Of a stretch of DNA of 64,000 nt, positions 21,871 to 31,185 are shown piece after piece (positions within the stretch are counted from its first letter, which is position 1; each line of letters starts with the position of its first letter). Both the position numbers and the translations under genes were made by a program. This stretch comes from an uncultured Phycisphaerales bacterium (lineage in GTDB: Bacteria; Planctomycetota; Phycisphaerae; Tepidisphaerales; Tepidisphaeraceae): assembly GCA_963844715.1 (NCBI GenBank), contig CAWJPJ010000008.1, positions 160,001 through 224,000 of the forward strand. Direction: 5' to 3'. The notes beneath the pieces were generated by a model. That model did no database searches and was not told the origin of the DNA. It saw only the letters and a program-made list of their open reading frames with translations.

Positions 21871-22314
21871 CTATTTCGAATTCCCGCTGAGCGCCTCCAG
21901 CGGCACATCAATTCGACGGCCCGGCAGAACCAGGTCCGACAGCGCTACATCCCGAAGAAACTGCATCAGTTTAGATTGAATCGCCCGAATCGGCGCCGGC
22001 TTCCACCCGCGCCGGCCAACCCCCGGCATATCTTCATGATCGCACCCCGGCTCAACCTTCCCCTCCAAAATCTGGATGAGCTGATAAAGCGAAACTCCAT
22101 CCAGATCGCAGGCAATCTGATATCCCCCGCGTTTCCCGCGCGTGCTTTGCAGAATCGCATCGCCCTGAAGGCTCTTGAGAATATTCATCAGCAAAGCCTC
22201 GGGCAGATTAAACGCCCGAGCGATCTCCCGAGCCGAAACCACCCGATCCTGTCTCTCGGCAAGATACCCCAGGGCCGTCAGGGCGTAATCGGTCTTTCTA
22301 GTCAAACAAAGCAT
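21871..22314 (-). CDS. Rrf2-family transcription regulator heading the SUF operon
   Basis: LTRKTDYAL, SAREIA, STRGKRGGYQ. Confidence 0.9.
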   Translation of the reverse strand: MLCLTRKTDYALTALGYLAERQDRVVSAREIARAFNLPEALLMNILKSLQGDAILQSTRGKRGGYQIACDLDGVSLYQLIQILEGKVEPGCDHEDMPGVGRRGWKPAPIRAIQSKLMQFLRDVALSDLVLPGRRIDVPLEALSGNSK

Positions 22315-22322
22315 TCAACCCG

Positions 22323-22351
22323 AATATAGGACTGGTTTGGTGCGATTTCAA
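22323..22351 (-). promoter_or_regulatory. Sigma-70-type promoter of the SUF operon with an overlapping IscR-type imperfect palindrome
   Basis: TTGAAA-17 nt-TATATT, 8 nt before the ATG; AAATCGCACC-N5-AGTCCTATAT lies between the boxes. Confidence 0.7.
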
Positions 22352-22358
22352 GGTTCAT

Positions 22359-23926
22359 TTAGCCGGCTTGGTGGGCTCGTGCGAGAATAAGCGGCTCCTG
22401 CCCAGGATTCCGCTTAAAACTCGCCAGCGGCGTCTTATCCAACGTCAGCCGATTCGCCGCCAGCCAATCCGAAAAACCCGAATCGTCCGCATCAAAAAGA
22501 ATCAGCGGCGGCGACGTCGAAAAATTCCCCGGCATCGGATCAATAATCTCCAGAATCGGCCGCCGACTCAAAAACGTCAGCACCCGCCCGCGCCGAGTCC
22601 GGCAGACCACGACATCGTTCGGCCCGGCGAGCGCGACGATATCTTTTGCCATTTGCGGATATCCAAAATAATCTCCCCCCGCGTAGTAAGCATAAAACGG
22701 CCGCAGATGCTGCCGCAGCATGATGTTCCCCAGTTGCAGCGTGTTCCCAAGCAAACCCGTCGCTAGGAGAATCGCAAAAACCCAATTCCCGATCGGCAGC
22801 GGCAGCCGCCGATTCAGCCACACAAGAAATCTCCACCATCCCAAAACCAGCAGCGGCGAGATCTGAAGCATGTACCGATCATGCGAGACGATGAGAATGA
22901 GCGTCGCGATCGTCACGGTAATCCACCACCCCCACAGCGCCCGCACGCGAAACAGAGCCAGCCCCGCCGCCAGCGCCATGATTCCCAGCACCGCATTGAC
23001 CCCCCAGAATCCCCACGGCATGCCAAACGCCGCGCGAGCCGCCGTCACTCCCAGCAAATCTCGCAAATTCGCGACCGCGTCCACCGTGATTCGATGACTG
23101 AAATTCCGCGTGAAATCGATCAGAAGCGTATGCTCATAGCTCGACGACGCCGAGCCGGACAAAGCGTGGCGGGGATCGAGCAGCACAAAAAGCAACCCAA
23201 GCCCAGCCGCCAAACCGATGGCCCACAGCGCCGCGGCCCGATGCGCCCGCTCGCGCACCGCCGTCCAAACCAGCACGCCCATCCAAACCGCCAGCAATCC
23301 GATCATGTTCGGCCGCATGGCAATCGCCACGATCAACCCGACCAGCAAAAGCCCCCAGTCGTACCACCGCCCGCGCCGATCCGGCTTCCCAAAGATCGCC
23401 TCATGCCCCGCCAGGAATGCCATGACTCCCAGAAGAAACGGAATGTCGGTGAGAATCGTGTAGCAATACCGGTAAAGTTCATGAACTCCCGCCAGCCCCA
23501 GCGCCACGACATGCGCCGTCGTCCGGTCGAACGCCAACCGCACCATCCGAAACGTCGCTCCGATCAGGAGCAGCCCCGCCACAAGAATCAGAAAATCCGC
23601 CGCGGCAATGACCTTCGCGTCCGACCCCAAGATTCTGTAAAGCCCCGCCAATACATACGGCAGCCCCGGATACACCATGTCGTGCGGCGCGCCGTTGTAC
23701 GTGTATCCCTTCCCCGTCGCGATATTCCGGCCCAACGACAGATACAGCGCGCTGTCCGGCGTCATCTGCCACTGCCCGTTGTAAGCCGCGAAATAGCTCA
23801 GCAGCACCAGCGCCCAAAGCGCCCGCCAATGCGCAAAATCCAATCGGCTACCACCCCCGACCAGCGCCGGCCCACGCCGCTGATCGAAATGCTTTCCCCG
23901 GGAACCGCGTCGTGTGCAAGGGTCAT
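22359..23926 (-). CDS. GT-C fold (ArnT/PMT-like) membrane glycosyltransferase, indel near 23835
   Basis: TPDSALYLSLGRNIATGKGY, YPGLP, ILTDIPF, DRY; about 11-13 TM. Confidence 0.75.
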
Positions 23927-24190
23927 GGCGTGAGCCATCGAGTATACCGCGATCGCGCAAACCGGCCACACCCACGATCCGCGCTCCCGCCCTTTCGTCT
24001 TCAACGCAAACAATACCGCGCCGTTTCTGCAATCGTTATTGTCCAGATCGTAAAAAAGTCACGAACTTGCGGATTCTCAATTTGCGACATTTGCGGCCAA
24101 AAATGCGAAAAATATGGCCTTTCTGCCTTTCATTCGAGGCCACGCATGTTAAAATAAACGCCCGATAAGTCAGGGTGGAGGAGAGTGAGC

Positions 24191-25735
24191 ATGCGAGTTG
24201 TTCGGATCGCAACAGGCGCGGCGGGCCTGTCGATGTTCGCAATCGGATCTGCCTGGGCGCAAACCCAATTCAACGTCATCCTGAATCAAAACCAGACCGT
24301 CGGTGGAAGCACCATCGATCTCACCCAGGGCCTCGATCTCCAAACCGTCGCCGGTGCCGGCAGCCAGGTCGGCGTCCTCGGCTCAGACAACGAGGGAAAT
24401 CAACTCGTTCTCTATTACAACGGTACCTCCTGGTCCACCGTCATGGCCGCCGGAGATACCGCCGCCAACGACACCAGCACCGTCGATCAATTCGCCAATC
24501 TCGCCATTAGTGGCAACGCCGCCGACGGCTCCGGCACCCGCCTGACCTTTATCGGAATGAACAACGACAACAGCGACGCCGGCGTTTTTCAATATGACGT
24601 CGGCGGCGCAGGCGTTCAGGAAGTCGCCTTCGATGGAGAGAACGGCCTCACCATCCCAGAATCCTACGGAACCGCCGAAGGCTTCATGCCGCTGGCCGTC
24701 GATCAAGAGGGCAACGTCGCATTCGAGCCATACAACTCCAGCGGCAATCTGCTCGTGATGGTCGGCAACAGCACCAGCTCGCCCGTCCGAACCACCGAGT
24801 TCACTTCCGATCCCACCTCCGACGGCTCCGCGGGCTCCAAGGCCCTCTTCCAAGCCGATCCCCTCGGCATCTCGACCGACGCAACCGGCGCGACCACCTT
24901 CGGCGTCGTCTCCACTCCCGCAAATAACGCCGTCTCGCAAGCCGTCGTCACTTTCTCCGGCGGCGTCGCCACCAACATCTCCGGCACTTTCGCCAACGGC
25001 GTCCTCCTCATGGCCGCCCAGCAAAATCTCGCCGCCAGCGTCAACGCCGCGCTCTTCGAGGCCAACACAAGTCCAACCGCCTCCGAAATTGTTCTCAACA
25101 GCAACGGCGTCAATCACGTCATGCAGACCCTCGACAGCAACCCCACCGGCGGACAACTCACCGCCGAAATGACCCCGGGCGGACAACTCGCTTACTTCAT
25201 CCCCACCGCCGGCGGGGGAGCGCTCGAGTATTACAACCTCTCCGCCGGAACCTTCGCTCCCACGCAGGTCGCCACCCTTGGCACCTCCGTTGCCGATCCA
25301 TTCGCCGGCGGAGATTATGTCATCAAGGGTCTGCCGACTCTCCTCCAGTCCCCCATGATCAATCAAAGCGGCCTGATCGTCTTCGACGCCGAAATCGGAT
25401 TGGCCGGCAACAACGATTCCGCTTTCCAGGCAATGCTCGACTGGACCGGCTCGGGAAGCCCGACCGTCCTCCTCTACGCCGGCGAAACCATCGCCGGGTA
25501 TGGGCCGATCGATCCGGACGGGATCTACGTCAACGGCCTGACCAATCAGGACGACGTCTTCAAGGATTCCCTGAACGACCAGGGATATCTAAACGTGATG
25601 GCCTCTATCGGCGACGGAACGTCGATCGCGGTTCTCCAGACGGACCTCTCGGCCGTCCCCGAACCCACGGCGTTGGCAATGCTGCCCATCGGCGGAGCCG
25701 TCCTGCTCCGCCGACGCCGTCACGCCCGAATCTGA
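24191..25735 (+). CDS. PEP-CTERM surface protein, beta-rich
   Basis: Signal peptide; C-terminal VPEP-TM-RRRR. Confidence 0.85.
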   Translation: MRVVRIATGAAGLSMFAIGSAWAQTQFNVILNQNQTVGGSTIDLTQGLDLQTVAGAGSQVGVLGSDNEGNQLVLYYNGTSWSTVMAAGDTAANDTSTVDQFANLAISGNAADGSGTRLTFIGMNNDNSDAGVFQYDVGGAGVQEVAFDGENGLTIPESYGTAEGFMPLAVDQEGNVAFEPYNSSGNLLVMVGNSTSSPVRTTEFTSDPTSDGSAGSKALFQADPLGISTDATGATTFGVVSTPANNAVSQAVVTFSGGVATNISGTFANGVLLMAAQQNLAASVNAALFEANTSPTASEIVLNSNGVNHVMQTLDSNPTGGQLTAEMTPGGQLAYFIPTAGGGALEYYNLSAGTFAPTQVATLGTSVADPFAGGDYVIKGLPTLLQSPMINQSGLIVFDAEIGLAGNNDSAFQAMLDWTGSGSPTVLLYAGETIAGYGPIDPDGIYVNGLTNQDDVFKDSLNDQGYLNVMASIGDGTSIAVLQTDLSAVPEPTALAMLPIGGAVLLRRRRHARI

Positions 25736-25888
25736 TTCCGGTCCAAGACCCGCCCCTCACCAAAAACGGCAGCGGCGGATGTCGATTTGGCATCCAAATG
25801 CGATCTCTCGTCCGATTCCCGGATTTCCCGTTGTTTTTTAAGCGCCTGTAAATACAGTGGTTGATAGCGACCCGGTCGCGGCCGTGCG

Positions 25889-25903
25889 TGGCACGGGCTT
25901 TGC
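25889..25903 (+). promoter_or_regulatory. Sigma-54 (RpoN) -24/-12 promoter of dnaK
   Basis: TGGCAC-GGGCT-TTGC with exact consensus spacing, about 50 nt before the ATG. Confidence 0.75.
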
Positions 25904-25955
25904 CCTTAGGTGGCCGCTGGTGCGCGCAACAGACGCCCCCGGCAGGAGTATCACT

Positions 25956-27888
25956 ATGGCAAAAATCATTGGAATCGATTTAGGAACGACCAACAGCGTA
26001 GTCGCCGTCATGGAAGGAGATCAGCCCAAGGTGCTGGTCAACGCCCAGGGCAGCCGGCTCACGCCGTCGGTCGTGGCTTTCACCGACAAAGGCGAACGCA
26101 TCGTCGGTCAGAACGCCAAGCATCAGCAGGTTACCAACCCAAAAAATACAATCTTCAGCATCAAGCGTTTCATGGGCCGGCGCCACTCCGAAGTCGCCTC
26201 GGAAGAGAAGATGGTCCCCTACACCATCGTCGGCGCGCCCGACGAACTCGTGCAGGTGGAAATCCGCGGCAAGAAATACACCCCCGAGGCCATCAGCGCC
26301 ATGATCCTGGGCGATCTCAAAAAGACCGCCGAGGATTATCTCGGCGAAAAAGTCACCGAGGCGGTCATCACCGTCCCGGCGTATTTCAACGACGCGCAGC
26401 GCAAGGCCACCAAGGACGCCGGCGAAATCGCCGGCCTTAAGGTCCTCCGCGTGCTGCCCGAGCCCACCGCCGCGGCCCTCGCCTACGGGCTCGATAAAAA
26501 GAAGAATGAAAAAATCTGCGTCTTCGACCTCGGCGGCGGAACGTTCGACGTCTCCGTGCTCGACGTCGGCGACGGCGTCTTCGAAGTCCTCAGCATCAAC
26601 GGCGACACCCACCTCGGCGGCGACGACTTCGACCAGGTCCTCATCAATTATCTGGCCGACGAATTCAAACGCACCGAAGGCATCGATCTGCGCAAAGACC
26701 CGATGGCCCTCCAGCGCCTGAAGGAAGCCGCCGAAAAGGCCAAGATCGAACTCTCCAGCGCGATGGAGACCACCGTCAATCTGCCCTTCATCACCGCCGA
26801 TCAGAACGGTCCCAAGCATCTCCAGATCACCATCACGCGAAGCAAGCTGGAGCAGCTCATCGGTCCGCTCGTCGAGCGATGCCGCAAGCCGGTCATCGAC
26901 GCCCTGGCCGACGCCAAGCTCACCCCCGAGCAAATCGACGAGGTCGTTCTCGTCGGCGGATCGACGCGCGTCCCGATGGTTCAGCGCCTCGTCAAGGAAC
27001 TCTTCAATGGCAAGGAACCCAACAGGAGCGTCAACCCCGACGAAGTGGTCGCCATCGGCGCGGCCATCCAGGGCGGTATCGCCACCGGCGAGGTCAAGGA
27101 CATCCTCGTCCTCGACGCCACGCCCCTTTCACTCGGCGTGGAAACCCTCGGCGGCGTGATGACCGTCCTCATCGCGCGCAACACCACGATTCCCACCAGC
27201 AAGGCGGAAGTCTTCTCGACGGCTTCGGACAATCAGGGCGCGGTCACCATCAACGTCCTCCAGGGCGAACGAGAATTCGCCCGCGACAACCGCCTGCTCG
27301 GCACCTTCAATCTCGAGGGTATCCCCCCCGCGCCGCGGCATCCCGCAGATCGAGGTTACCTTCAACATCGACGTCAACGGAATCCTCAGCGTCTCCGCCA
27401 AGGACAAGGCGACCTCCAAGGAAAACAAGATCACCGTCCAAAACGCCGGCGGTCTCTCCAAGGAAGAGATCGAAAAGATGAAGCGCGACGCCGAGGCTCA
27501 CGCCGCCGAGGACAAAAAGCGCCGCGAGACCATCGACCTGAAGAACCGCGCCGAATCGTTCGCCTACGAGATCGAAAAATCTCTCCGCGACTACGGCGAC
27601 AAGGTCTCCCCCGACGTCCGCGGCGAAATCGAAAATGCGCTCAACAGCCTGAAAGACGCCATCAAGAGCGACGACGGCGAGCGAATCAAGAAAGCCTTCG
27701 AAACCCTCCAACGTTCCAGCCAAAAACTGGGCGAAGAGGTCTACAAGGCCACCGCCGCCAAACCCGGCGCCGCCCCCGGCCCAGGCGAGGGCCCCCAACC
27801 CAGCCCCGAAGCCAGCACCGACCGCGGCACCACAGGCCCGAAAAAAGACGAAGACGTCATCGACGCCGAATACGAGGTGAAGGAGTAA
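25956..27888 (+). CDS. dnaK: Chaperone DnaK (Hsp70), indel near 27337
   Basis: [28 protein letters not shown]-terminal DVIDAEY; AGGAG RBS. Confidence 0.98.
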
Positions 27889-27912
27889 CGCTTCTTCCTT
27901 TCAACGTAAGTT

Positions 27913-27946
27913 AAACGGCCGGTCCAAATAGACCGGCCGTTTTTTT
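27913..27946 (+). terminator. Rho-independent terminator after dnaK
   Basis: aaacggccggtc-caaata-gaccggccgttt followed by a T tract. Confidence 0.9.
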
Positions 27947-27950
27947 CTTA

Positions 27951-28065
27951 TCCCCTCTCCCCATGCCTCCGCTAGTTTCCGCAGGATGGGCCAGGGTGAG
28001 GGGCATCTTTCGTGGTTCGAGCGTCGCCCCTCACCCAACCTCTCCCCGGAGTACCAGGGAGAGGC
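27951..28065. repeat. REP-like element, full two-arm copy
   Basis: cccctctcccc..cctccgctagtttccgcaggatgggccagggtgagggg ... cccctcacccaacctctccccggagtaccagggagagg. Confidence 0.8.
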
Positions 28066-28134
28066 GAAAGACTTCAACCGCCGCACAATCGACCGGCTGG
28101 CTTTGCGCGCCAGCGCGCTCTATTCTTTTCCCCC

Positions 28135-28638
28135 ATGCTCGATAAGACCTTTACAAAGTGGTGGTTCTCCCGGGTCATACCCTTCAGGGACGTCCCCCCC
28201 GAAAAATTAGCCGCCGAACGCGAAGCCGTTCAGAAGCTCGGGGATTACAACAACAATTACGTCGAGTTTCTCAATCGCGCCGTCTTCCCCGCCGTCGACG
28301 AACTCGTCGGCTTGCTCGCCAAGCAAGGCATCACCCATCGCGTCAGCACCTGGGGCAATCAGCTCTCTCTTCGCATTCACCTCGCCTGGCGGTGGGGCGA
28401 GCTGGTCATCATGCAAAGCCACGAGGATTGCGTCACCTTCGAGCACCACATCATCACCGAGGGCGAAAAGCGCGGCGACGACAGCACCGAGGACCACACC
28501 CACCAATACGATCTCCGCGACCCCCTCCCCGATCCCGTGGCCGTCTCCGAACTCCAATTCTTCCTAAGCCGCGTCGCCCAGGACCTGGTAGAACCCGAGC
28601 CCGACCCCGAACTCCCCCCCGGCGACGAACCCAAATAA
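28135..28638 (+). CDS. Hypothetical protein
   Basis: Host-like codon usage; MLDKTFTKWW start after TATTCT. Confidence 0.7.
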   Translation: MLDKTFTKWWFSRVIPFRDVPPEKLAAEREAVQKLGDYNNNYVEFLNRAVFPAVDELVGLLAKQGITHRVSTWGNQLSLRIHLAWRWGELVIMQSHEDCVTFEHHIITEGEKRGDDSTEDHTHQYDLRDPLPDPVAVSELQFFLSRVAQDLVEPEPDPELPPGDEPK

Positions 28639-28731
28639 TACGGATTCCCGTCAAAATCCGCGCGCACTCTTGCCCCATCCCGCGAAGCCGGTGGTGCTTG
28701 CACCACCGGATAACAGGTATAATCAGGACTT

Positions 28732-29081
28732 ATGCCCACCAAACCCTCCGGAACCCAGCGCGCCCCCGAATACGACATCATCGAACCCATCGGCAAACGC
28801 GTCGTCATTCGCAAGGACGACAACAAACGCGAAACCAAAAGCGGCATCGTCCTCCCCGACTCTCACGAAATTCCCGTCATCACCGGCCGTGTCATCGCCA
28901 TCAGCAAAGCCATCGAAAACGACGAGGACATGACCATCCGCCAATACGACAAAGTCCTCTTCGACCCGCGCGAGGCCATCCCCGTCGAGCTGGAACACGA
29001 CAACCGCCTCTTCGTAGTCGGTCTCGACCGAGTGCTGGCGATTTTCCGCAGGTCCGACCCTAAAAAACCCGCCGCGATTAA
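28732..29081 (+). CDS. groES: Co-chaperonin GroES family protein; the true stop is probably 29081 (indel in the A-run at 29062)
   Basis: EPIGKRVVI, ETKSGIVLPD, GRVIAI, DKVLF. Confidence 0.8.
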
Positions 29082-29092
29082 CGGGTGCAGTC

Positions 29093-29842
29093 GTGAACCG
29101 CTGGATCGCCGGCCTGTGCCTCCTGATCGCCTCCGCCCCCGCGTTCGGCGCCGCGGCAACCGAACCCTCGACGGGCCAACTGCCCGATGTAGAAATCGAC
29201 GCCGTCCACAAACAAGTCCGCGTCCAGTGTGAAACCCTAAACGCCCAGATGCCCCTCGAATTCTTCTGCGTCACCGTCGGCGGCCCCGAACACGAATCCG
29301 TCCTCCGCACCGACGCCAAACCCTCCGATGTCCATTTCGGACTTCTAGCGCTAGGTCTCATCCCCGGCGAGCCCGCACGCTACGAGCAAACCACCGACAC
29401 CTGGTTCCCCCCGACCGGCGCGCCCCTGCAAATTTTTTGCCGATTCAAGTTAAACGGGGAGATTCAGACAATCCCGGCCAACCGCCTCGTCCGATCCGTC
29501 AAGACTCACGACGAAATGCCGCTGCAAACCTGGGTCTTCGACGGCTCGCGCATCCTCCCCGACGGTCAATACGCCGCCAATCTCACCGGCTACGTCGTCA
29601 GCATCGTGAACTTCGACATGACCATGATCGACGTCCCCGAACTGGCCAGCAATTCCAACGAAACCCTGGAATGGGAATATAATCCCGCCATCTGCCCCCG
29701 CACCGGGACGAAAGTAACCATGATCATCGAGCCCGCCGAATCCCCCACAACCCGCCCCGGCAAGACGCTGAAGGGTAGTCAGTTCTTCCCGGGGCCGGGA
29801 TTGCATCCGGATTCTGATACGCCCGCGACGCAACCGGGGTAG
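29093..29842 (+). CDS. YdjY-domain secreted protein
   Basis: Signal peptide; PLEFFC...EHESVL..P..VHFGLLALG..PG.P; WVFDGS; VSIVNF. Confidence 0.75.
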   Translation: MNRWIAGLCLLIASAPAFGAAATEPSTGQLPDVEIDAVHKQVRVQCETLNAQMPLEFFCVTVGGPEHESVLRTDAKPSDVHFGLLALGLIPGEPARYEQTTDTWFPPTGAPLQIFCRFKLNGEIQTIPANRLVRSVKTHDEMPLQTWVFDGSRILPDGQYAANLTGYVVSIVNFDMTMIDVPELASNSNETLEWEYNPAICPRTGTKVTMIIEPAESPTTRPGKTLKGSQFFPGPGLHPDSDTPATQPG

Positions 29843-29854
29843 AATGCCCGCCGC

Positions 29855-31168
29855 ATGAGCGACGTCACCATCCAACCGGTCGAGCGGGCCTTCTCCGCCA
29901 GCATCACGCCGCCCGCTTCAAAAAGTCTCAGCAACCGCGCCCTCGTTCTGGCCGCGCTCAGCTCCGGCCAAAGCGTCGTTCGCAATCTCCTCCTCGCCGA
30001 CGACACCCGCGTGATGATCGACGGCCTGCGCAAACTCGGCTTCGATCTCACCCTCCACGAAGAAACTCCCGCCGCCGCAACCATCATCGGCCAGGGCGGA
30101 AAAATCCCCGCCGCATCGGCAGATCTCTTCTGCGGCAACTCCGGAACCACCATCCGATTCCTCTCCGCCGTCTGCGCCCTCGGCAAAGGCGCCTTCAAAC
30201 TCGACGGCGTCGAACGCATGCGCCAGCGCCCCATCGGCGAACTCATGCAGATGCTTCGCGACCTCGGCGTCCGCAGTAAATTCCTCGAACGCGCCGGCTT
30301 CCCCCCCGTTGAAATCGACGCCGACGGTTTGCCCGGCGGCCTCATCCAATTCGGCGCGGCTCAATCCAGCCAGTTCCTTTCCGCCGTATTGATGATCGCC
30401 CCCTTCGTGCGCCACGAACTTAAGGTCGATCTCATCGGCCGCCAGACAAGCTGGCCCTACGTCGCCATGACCATGCAGCTCATGGACGAATTCGGCCTTA
30501 CCCCCGAACTTCTGCGCGACGCCTCCACCGGCCTGCCCAGGCAAATCGTGGTCCCCCAGGGCCAATACGCCGCCACCGAATATCGCGTCGAGCCCGACGC
30601 CTCCAACGCCACCTATTTCATGGCCGCCGCCGCCATGCACGAAGGATCGCAGGTCGTCATCCGAGGCCTCGGCCGCGGCAGCCTCCAGGGCGACGTCGGC
30701 TTCACCGAAGTCCTCAAGCGAATGGGCGCAACCGTCCACATGCAAAGGGACTGCGTCACCATCGCCGGCAGCGGGCTCCTCCGTGGCATCGAGGTCGATC
30801 TCTCCCCCATGCCCGACACCGCCCAAACCCTCGCCGTCACCGCGCTCCTGGCCCAGGGAACCACCACAATCCGCGGACTCCACACCCTCCGCGTTAAGGA
30901 AACCGATCGCCTCGAGGCCATGGCCACCGAACTCAAGCGCCTCGGCGCCCAGGCCGAGATCGAGGGAGACACCCTCCGCATCGACCCCCCCGAGCACATT
31001 TTGCCCGCCGAGGTCCAGACCTACGACGACCATCGCATGGCAATGAGTTTTGCCCTTGCCGCCGCCGCCGCTCCGGGTATCGTCATCAAGGACGCCCAGT
31101 GCGTCCAAAAAACTTATCCGAATTTTTTCGAGGACCTTCAGCAGGTTTTGGGAACGAAGGTCTCGTGA
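29855..31168 (+). CDS. aroA: 3-phosphoshikimate 1-carboxyvinyltransferase
   Basis: SKSLSNR, GNSGTTIRF, SSQFLS, RVKETDR, DHRMAM. Confidence 0.97.
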   Translation: MSDVTIQPVERAFSASITPPASKSLSNRALVLAALSSGQSVVRNLLLADDTRVMIDGLRKLGFDLTLHEETPAAATIIGQGGKIPAASADLFCGNSGTTIRFLSAVCALGKGAFKLDGVERMRQRPIGELMQMLRDLGVRSKFLERAGFPPVEIDADGLPGGLIQFGAAQSSQFLSAVLMIAPFVRHELKVDLIGRQTSWPYVAMTMQLMDEFGLTPELLRDASTGLPRQIVVPQGQYAATEYRVEPDASNATYFMAAAAMHEGSQVVIRGLGRGSLQGDVGFTEVLKRMGATVHMQRDCVTIAGSGLLRGIEVDLSPMPDTAQTLAVTALLAQGTTTIRGLHTLRVKETDRLEAMATELKRLGAQAEIEGDTLRIDPPEHILPAEVQTYDDHRMAMSFALAAAAAPGIVIKDAQCVQKTYPNFFEDLQQVLGTKVS

Positions 31169-31185
31169 GCGGGGGATAAATCTGA

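Noticed and set aside
25788..25801. Second sigma-54 promoter TGGCAT...TGC upstream of dnaK
   Set aside because: GG-to-GC spacing is 9 nt rather than the required 10; treated as a candidate enhancer palindrome instead
5860..27888. Pseudogenes or programmed frameshifting in mrdA, rodA, sufB, sufS and dnaK
   Set aside because: Breaks are scattered short deletions in G/C runs of essential genes with no shared slippery motif; sequencing error is more parsimonious
29918..31108. Long antisense ORFs (also 20311-21426, 25980-26933, 50802-51869, 59275-60597)
   Set aside because: Shadow frames of GC-rich genes with no motifs of their own
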